This document shows positions 54,907-64,000 of a stretch of 64,000 nt of DNA, piece after piece. The notes under the pieces are model-generated. The model was not told the origin of the DNA. It was given only the letters and a program-made list of their open reading frames with translations, and searched no databases. Position numbers and translations under genes: made by a program. The stretch's first letter is position 1. Each line of letters opens with the position of its first letter. This stretch comes from the human T2T-CHM13v2.0 reference genome, Homo sapiens, in the NCBI RefSeq assembly GCF_009914755.1, contig NC_060925.1. One strand, 5' to 3'.

Positions 54907-56072
54907 CTGCAAGGAGCCAAGGACTCAGGATCCCGGGGCCTGGGCACCCCCTGGCCCACCTACCACTGTGCTCGGAAGGTCACGCTCCTATGTGTGAACC
55001 AAGGACTGTGGGGACTTCATTCTCACCAGGGTACTCCTACAAATGGTTTCCACATTCAAAACGGAGGGAATCATGAGAGTTATACAAATTTACACGTCAT
55101 TAATTATTTTGCAGGAAGAACACCGTTTCTCTAAAGAATAGGCAATGATTTAAACACTTGAACCCCGGAGAAAATGAGCTCAGTCTTGTTCCTACTTTTA
55201 TAGCAGGAAAGGGGATAATCTCTGCCTCATTAGGGCCATGGTAGGGCAGGGCCTGGACCCTGCGCTGGGTCTGAGTGAGCTCCTTCTGGATGGCTTGGCC
55301 TAAGGAGGGGAACTGAGATTCCACTAAGAGAACAGGGTCTCCGTCTGCCTCCCACCCCTGCTGGTATGGTGGGAAGTGGACAAGTTCTTTTTTTTTTTTT
55401 TTTTGAGACAGAGTCTAGCTCTATCAGCCAAGCCGAAGTGCAATGGTGCGATCATAGCCCACTGCAACCTCAATCTCCCAGGCTCATGTGATCCTCCCAC
55501 CACAGCTTCCTGAGTGGCTGGAACTACACGCGTGCATTACCGCACCTGGCTCATTTTTTTTTTTTTAATTTTTAGTAGAGACAGAGTCTTGCTATGTTGC
55601 CCAGGCTGGTCGTGAACTCTTGGGCTCAAATGATCCTCCTGCCTTGGCCTCCCAAAATGCTGGGCATGAGCCACTGCACCCAGCTGACAAGTTCTTTAAT
55701 GTCTCTGAGCCTCAGGCAAGAAGTGGCGAGGGCTGAATGAGGCACAGGTGCTAAGCGTCATGCACGGTGGATTCCCCAGCTGATGTCTCTCTAATTGACG
55801 ATTTAATACTCAGCGGCTCTGGGAGTTTAGGAATCATTACTGTTAACGATCTTTCATGGAGCACCCTCCAGGTTCTGAGTCTCTGAACCTCTTCAGGGTA
55901 CTGTGGGGACCACAAAGACATAAATCCACCCATTAAGGAATATGTGCAGAATTTGGGTCATTCAGAAATGTCTGTAAAAAACCCCGGCCGGGCATAGTGG
56001 CTCATGCCTGTAATCCCTTCACTTTGGGAGGCGGAGGCAGGAGGATTACTTGAGCCCAGGAGTTACAGATCA

Positions 56073-56429
<357 letters not shown>

Positions 56430-56521
56430 TTATTGCTGGCCGCATTCATTCAGGCCCGCCTGGTGGTCCATCCTCTTATCCTCTTTCCCTCCACCCTCCA
56501 CGAGTGTCTCTCACTTTCTCC

Positions 56522-57388
<867 letters not shown>

Positions 57389-57884
57389 CACTCCTCTCTC
57401 CTAAATCTCCACCACGACCCCCACTCGCTCTCAGGCAATGGCCTTGCCTCCTAATTCACTGGGAAGATAGAGGCCGCCAGAAGAAAACAGCCACCCAGTG
57501 ACAGAGACGGTGGCTGTGAACCTGCTTGCCCTGCATTGACTTCCCTCTGTACTGGACCATTCCTATGGCAGCCAAATTATGCTGACACTTTTCATGGCTT
57601 GAAAGAAACCTCTTCTCTCGACCTCACTTCCCCAACTTCTCTCCTTCCCTTTATAGCAGAACCCCTACCTGCCTCTGAGCCCGATTCCCATTCCTAAGCA
57701 CGATTTGTCGCCATCACTCACCAAAACAGCCCCGACCACGTCACCCATCCCTTTGCCCACCACACTGCCCAACACCTGACCCTAAAATCATCTCTCGGGT
57801 CTCATCTGACTCGATCCGTCAGTAACACCTGGCACAGCCGAACGAGAGACTGGACCTAGCGTGACCTCTGCGGCTGCCGGTTAC

Positions 57885-58037
57885 CTGCCGGGTTGCCCAA
57901 GATGGCCTGGAGGCTGAAGATCTGTGCTAGGAAGACTCCAACGATGACGAAAACCTCGGTCATTGTTCCCACCATGCCTCTCAGGTTCTTGGGGGCCAGT
58001 TCTCCCAGGTACATGGGAAGGGCGCTGTAGGAGATGC
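57885..58037 (-). CDS. SLC2A7: GLUT7 exon 5 (153 bp): (G)[50 protein letters not shown]
   Basis: Acceptor gcccaaaccag|, donor |gtaacc; PMYLGE-x-AP…LRG sugar-porter motif. Confidence 0.97.
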
Positions 58038-58518
58038 CTGGTTTGGGCACAGCAGAAATCAGGGCAGGCAAACCGCAAACGCAGAATCTGAGATGCAATT
58101 CAATTCCGTTTCCTAATCCCGGGGCTTCTCCATGCTGTCAGCCCCTCCGTGGAGATGGAGCTCGGCCAACCTCGACTGTTTAGTTTGGACTTACACCAAA
58201 ATCCCTCCAGAATCCTCAGCCCCCACGGGGGAGTCACCAGGATGTGATGAGGAGACCTTTTCCTTTCTAGCCACCGGGCTGGGCCGCTTGTTACAGGGGA
58301 GGAGCCTAGGCCTCCGTGTGTCCCTGGGACTTAACGATAAAACTTTTGCTTTGGTCTATTTTCTGATTTTTCTAAAGCACAGATTGCTTGTCTAACTTTT
58401 ATTCATAGAAGAAATTACTGTAGTTAAGAAACTACTGAGTTTAAATTGTCCATCTTCCTGGGACGATACCTTGTAAAACCTTATTGGTTATTTGTACTTC
58501 AAGGTGAAAGTGTTTCTA

Positions 58519-58695
<177 letters not shown>

Positions 58696-58870
58696 TTAAT
58701 TAATTAAGAAAAACAAGCATGAGGCTTGCAAGGGCCTGGGGATGCAGATGGGAGGACGTCTTGAAATGAAAAGAGGCAGAGCCAGGCAGACACCTCATCT
58801 GCTCCTGCTTCCAGCCTTGGCCAAACAGACCCTTCCCCCAAGGCTGAGCCGGAGCCTGGGCCCCAGGTAC

Positions 58871-58995
58871 CTGCACAGACTCCCAGCACCACTCGGGAAA
58901 AGACGATCAGCTCAAAAGCCTTGGCCACTTTGCTGACTCCCATCAGGATGGCGGGGATGATGGCAAAGATGTTGTTGATCAGCAGGGTCCCCTTT
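58871..58995 (-). CDS. SLC2A7: GLUT7 exon 4 (125 bp): (R)[41 protein letters not shown]
   Basis: Acceptor tgtctttgcag|, donor |gtacct. Confidence 0.97.
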
Positions 58996-59130
58996 CTGCA
59001 AAGACAGTGAGCCCAGAGGGCAGGGGTGCGTGGAGGCCGCGGAAGCCCTCCCAACACCAGCTCCTATTCTGCGGGCAGTCACTACAGAGGCGCGGGGAAT
59101 GTGCCCGAGAAAGAGCTGAAGCAGGGGGCC

Positions 59131-59774
<644 letters not shown>

Positions 59775-60334
59775 GATGGGAAGAAGGGGCGAATGGGCAG
59801 ACGTCCCAGGAAGGAAGACTTGGGGTCAGTGGGGGTAGAAGCTGGGGAGGGGAGCATTCTAACGATCGGAGCTGCCTGCAAAGGGGAGGGCAGGAACAAA
59901 GAATGGGCTGTCCCAGGAGGTAGAGAGCTTCCCATCACTGGTGGTATTCAAGCTGTCGCTGGTGGTTTCTAGACTAGACACGATGACTGTCAGGAACGTT
60001 GAACAGGGAATTCTTACAATCAGTGGGGTGCAGAATGGGACTACATGATTTCTAAGATCCCTTCCAAGGCTGAAAAACCACAAGCCTGAGAAGGAGAGGG
60101 AGTGCCTGAAAAACAGCGCTATGCCAGGTGCGTCCTGCTGCCTTCATGATCCACTCATCTGCTTGACTCTGTGCTCTAGGTCCCCTGCCAACTTGCAGCA
60201 ATGGCTCCTGTGCCCCCCCCCACCCCCCCGCCTTTGGCTTGGGTTTTGCACAGGAGAAGAATGGGCAGTGGACCAGAAAGAGGGCAGAGAGCTCCCGAGC
60301 TGTGGGGTTGCTGGCTGGTGCATCCTGATATTCT

Positions 60335-60971
60335 CTTTTTTTTTTTTTTTTGAGATGGAGTCTTGCTCTGTCGCCCAGGCTAGAGTGCAATGGTGGGATC
60401 TCGGCTCACTGAAACCTCCGTGATATGGTTTGGCTGTGTCCTCACCCAAATCTCATCTTAAATTCCCACATGTGTGGGAGGGACCTGGTGGCAGGTCTTC
60501 CCAGTGCTGTTCTCGTGATAGTGAATAAGTCTCACCAGGTCTGATGGTTTTATAAGGAAGAGTATTTCCGCACAAGCTCTCTCTTTGCCTGCTGCCATTC
60601 ATGGAAGATGTAACTTGCCCCTCCTTTGCCTTCCGCCATGATTGTGAGGCTTTCCCAGCCACGTGGAACTGTGAGTCCATTAAACCTCTTTCTTTTGTAA
60701 ATTGCCTAGTCTCGGGTATGTCTTTATCAGCAGCGTGAAAATGGACTAATACACTCCGCCTCCCGGGTTCAAGCAATTCTCTTGCCTCAGCTTCCCAAGT
60801 AGCTGGGATTACAGGCATGCGCCACCATGCCCAGCTAATTTTTGTATTTTTAGTAGAGATGGAGTTTCACCATGTTGGCCTGGCTGGTCTCGAACTCTTA
60901 GCCTGAAGTGATTGGCTCACCTCAGCCTCCCAAAGTGCTGGGATTACTGGCGCGAGCCCCCGTGCCCAGCC
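60335..60971 (-). mobile_element. AluSz-like SINE split by a nested THE1 LTR
   Basis: Alu text stops at …gaaacctccg (60420) and resumes ctccgcctcccgggttcaag (60754). Confidence 0.9.
60421..60753 (+). mobile_element. THE1B/C-type MaLR solo LTR with 5-bp TSD CTCCG, inside an Alu
   Basis: TGATATGGTTTGGCTGTGTCC … GTGAAAATGGACTAATACA; CTCCG at 60416-60420 and 60754-60758. Confidence 0.93.
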
Positions 60972-61654
60972 TGGTATTCATTTTTTATTTCTTCTCTCTC
61001 CACCTCCAGGTGGAGGTGCTCCCTCCTCACACCCCTACAGGTCTGGGGGTGATGAAGCTGTCAGCAGCCCCAGGACTACCTTTGTGATTGTCTCACACTT
61101 TGCACACATCTTTGAGGACCGCTGGGACCCTGAGTGAGTGCACTCAGTGAGGAAGCCAGGAAGGCGAGGTTCTGGTGCCAAGAGCAGGGAGTGGGTGGTG
61201 AGGACTCTATGAAGATATCCCAGGTCGGCAACACTGAGGACTGGCCAGGGAGTCCACAGACAAGCAGGCTGGTGTTCTCAGGCCACTTTTCTCTCCCTGG
61301 GGCTGCCACAGCCTTCAGGAGCAGCCACCAGAGCACATCCCCCATCACGGGGAGGGTCAGCCAGCCAGGAGGCCCAAAAAGACTAAGCAGCCCCGACACG
61401 TTCCCACCCTTCTCTGGACTCCCAGCCCTTCCTGATGACTATAAGGGGAGGCTGGGGCTGTCAGGACCCCACTGGGCAAGGCTGGCACCACCACATTCCT
61501 GGACTCAGGCTCTTCATCTGGAAAATGGGTTCAGACAAGGAAGTGGAGGCCAAGACTGGGCTTCCAGAACAGTCCAAACACTCTTGGTCTGGCTGAGAAC
61601 ATCACAGTCTGGATGACCAAAAAAAAAAGCTTGAATTATGGTATAGTTACATTA

Positions 61655-62548
61655 GAGTGAATTGTTTCTTCTTTCCAGCGCATAATGTATGGCAAATTAA
61701 TTGTCGATCAAGTATATGCAAGAAGAGGTCCTATGAATCTTGCATTAATTAATAGATAATTAATTTTCAATCAGCACTATTTTTTTCTATGCCTGAAAAT
61801 GGAATTGCTCTGGTTTTTTGAGTGACTTTTCACTAGAGGGCCTTCCAGTCACTCCTGCAAGCTGTCTAACCTGGCACACCATGCCCAAGTGTAACTGTGA
61901 GTCCGAATGAGTGGGCTGACCTAAGGGAATGCCACCAGGCCTCATCCTGAGCCCAGGCTCATGCTTTGCCCTCCTGGGAACCTTGGCCTGTGCATCTTTC
62001 CTTATCTGTGGAGTCACGTCTTTGGAGCACCTGGGCTTAGGAAGAATGATTAGTGAATCTGTGTAAGCCAAGCAAAGTTCAAAGACCTGCCCAGTCTTCA
62101 TTTCCAAATAATCTCGTATCTATGAGACAGTGGCCGGCAGCGTGACTCAGCCTGACCCCAGCCTCAGTAACAAACTCTGGCAAAGACACGCGGGGAGAGG
62201 CTGCAGCGCTTAGAACTTGGAGCCATGGTCACCTGACCCCGGAATGAAACCTGATAAACGAGCATTTACTGAACACCCACTGGAAGTGCTTACAAGGCAC
62301 TAAGCTAAGCACCGTCAAGAACCTTGATCTCAAAGGCTGCACCTGTGGCAGGTGACGGAAGGGAATGCTTTTCCCATGCAACTACCTAGGAAAGAAATCC
62401 CAGAGACATTTAGGGACTGGTTTAAGGTCATGATGACTGTGGCCAAGCGGAGACTAGACTTCAGATCTCCTGATTTTCAGGGTCACACGTCTCCCCACCA
62501 GGTGCACAAATGCCCAGAGACAGTGTGGCTTACTAGCATGAATTTTAA
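61655..62548. repeat. SLC2A7 intron 3 segment duplicated at 33593-34821 (Alu-free copy)
   Basis: See paralogue; ends ~27 bp from the exon 3 donor. Confidence 0.97.
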
Positions 62549-62574
62549 GTGGGAGCAGTGCACCTTCTGTTTAC

Positions 62575-62735
62575 CTGCCGCAGCTATCAACCAGCAGGCC
62601 CACGAGCAATGACCCCAACAGGCCGCCCAGAGGAAACATGGAGACGGTGCAAGACCATAGAAGCAGCATGAGCTTCCCGTCCATGAATGTTGCGTGTCGC
62701 TCAAAGTAGGTTTCGTTGTAAAATGACTTGAAGAC
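62575..62735 (-). CDS. SLC2A7: GLUT7 exon 3 (161 bp): [53 protein letters not shown](R)
   Basis: Acceptor atgttttccag|, donor AG|gtaaac; NET glycosylation sequon in loop 1; exons 1-2 lie beyond the window. Confidence 0.97.
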
Positions 62736-62983
62736 CTGGAAAACATTGCCCCATCCACAGCTAAGAATATTGGGCAGTTCATGAGAAATGAGAAAGTGTT
62801 CTCAGTGGCCACTTGTCATTGTACAGAGAGGTTTTTCTGCTAACACCTATAAGACACAGTTAAACCCACTGATTCCCTACTATTACCTGAGAATCAAAAA
62901 ATCTACTATATGATGGGTTGAAATGAGAAACTAGGCTGAACAAAAAGATTGTTACAAAATCACTGTTAAAAAATTTACTTTTG

Positions 62984-63273
62984 GCTGGACGCAGTGGCTC
63001 ACGCCCGTAATCCCGGCACTTTGGGAGGTTGAGGCGGGCAGATCATGAAGTCAGGAGATCGAGACCACCCTGGCTAACACAGTGAAACCCTGTTTCTACT
63101 AAAAATACAAAAAATTAGCTGGGCGTGGTGGCGGGCGCCTGTAGTCCCAGCTACTCAGGAGGCTGAGGCAGGAGAATGGCGTGAACCTGGGAGGTGGAGC
63201 TTGCAGTGAGCCGAGATTGCGGCACTGCACTCCAGCCTGGGCAACAGAGCGAGACTCCGTCTCAAAAAAAAAA
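62984..63273 (+). mobile_element. AluY-type SINE with TSD aaaaatttactttt
   Basis: AluY diagnostics (gagatcgagacc, gaatggcgtgaacc, gagcttgcag); followed by an Alu monomer with similar flanks. Confidence 0.85.
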
Positions 63274-63817
63274 AATTTACTTTTGGCTGGGAATGGCTCA
63301 CACCTGTAATCCTGGCACTTTGGGAGGCCGAGGCGGGAGGATTGCTTGAGGCCAAGGGTTCAAGAGCAACCTGGCCAACATAGGGAGACCCTGTCTCTAT
63401 TAAAAAAAAAGAGAAAAGAAAAGAAAAAAAAATTTTACTTTTGAGAGACTTACGACTTACTCTGCCAGAGGCACCATAGGAAATATTCTTCTTTTTTTTT
63501 TTTTTTTTTTTTTGAGATGAAGTCTCACTCTGTCACCCAGGCTGGAGTGCAGTGGCATGATCTTGGCTCACTGCAACCTCTGATTCCCGGGTTCAAGTGA
63601 TTCTCCTGTCTCAGCCTCCCGAGTAGCTGGAATTACAGATACCCGCCACCATGCCTGGCTAATTTTTGGATTTTTAGTAGAGATGAGGTTTCACCATGTT
63701 GGCCAGGCTGGTCTTGAACTCCTGATTTCAGGTGATCAGGTGATCCACCCACCTCAGCCTCCCAAAGTGCTGGGATTGCAGGCGTGAGCCACCGCTCCCA
63801 GCCCAGGAAATATTTTT

Positions 63818-63980
63818 ACTAATTGTGTGACTTCAGGCAAGTTACAGAACCTCCAGAAACCTTAATTTCCTCATCAGTTATGGAAACAAGATGTACCTTA
63901 TAAAGAATGTGTTAGCATTAAATGTGATTAAGTGATGGTACATTGCTTGACTCGGAGGTTCCATCCATGGTAATAATTGT
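63818..63980 (+). mobile_element. MIR SINE fragment
   Basis: 'tgtgtgacttcaggcaagtta…ccttaatttcctcatc…cattaaatgtgattaa' matches the MIR core. Confidence 0.6.
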
Positions 63981-64000
63981 AAGTACACTAATATATGTAT

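Noticed and set aside
54340-54910. CpG-rich stretch that might be an internal promoter
   Set aside because: CpG enrichment is largely confined to coding exons 6 and 7 and is explained by codon content.

Overview
Human (or very close ape) genomic DNA from the CA6-SLC2A7 locus (1p36.23 in human), very rich in Alu and other repeats. The + strand carries the last four coding exons of CA6 (carbonic anhydrase VI, exons 5-8), an alternative upstream exon-8 acceptor giving a different C-terminus, and the CA6 poly(A) signal. The - strand carries coding exons 3-12 of SLC2A7 (GLUT7); all splice sites are GT-AG and the frame is continuous to the stop. The genes are convergent, about 28 kb apart. The most interesting signal lies in that gap: collinear remains of a second, dead SLC2A7-like gene copy. 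One remnant is a frameshifted exon-10 homologue with flanking intron (29.7-30.0 kb, ~73% identity). The other is a copy of the 5' part of SLC2A7 intron 3 (33.6-34.8 kb); its 720-bp core is ~98% identical to the functional intron, although its edges and an Alu inserted in only one copy are much more diverged. This points to recent gene conversion of a motif-rich, possibly enhancer-like element, and leaves a direct repeat flanking SLC2A7 exons 4-12. Other notable items are a HERV-K(HML-2) solo LTR facing the SLC2A7 3' end, a full-length 7SL retrocopy, a THE1 LTR nested inside an Alu, an Alu trimer and small local duplications. Repeat subfamily names come from remembered consensus sequences and identities were counted by eye. 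Only a selection of the many dozens of Alus is listed.
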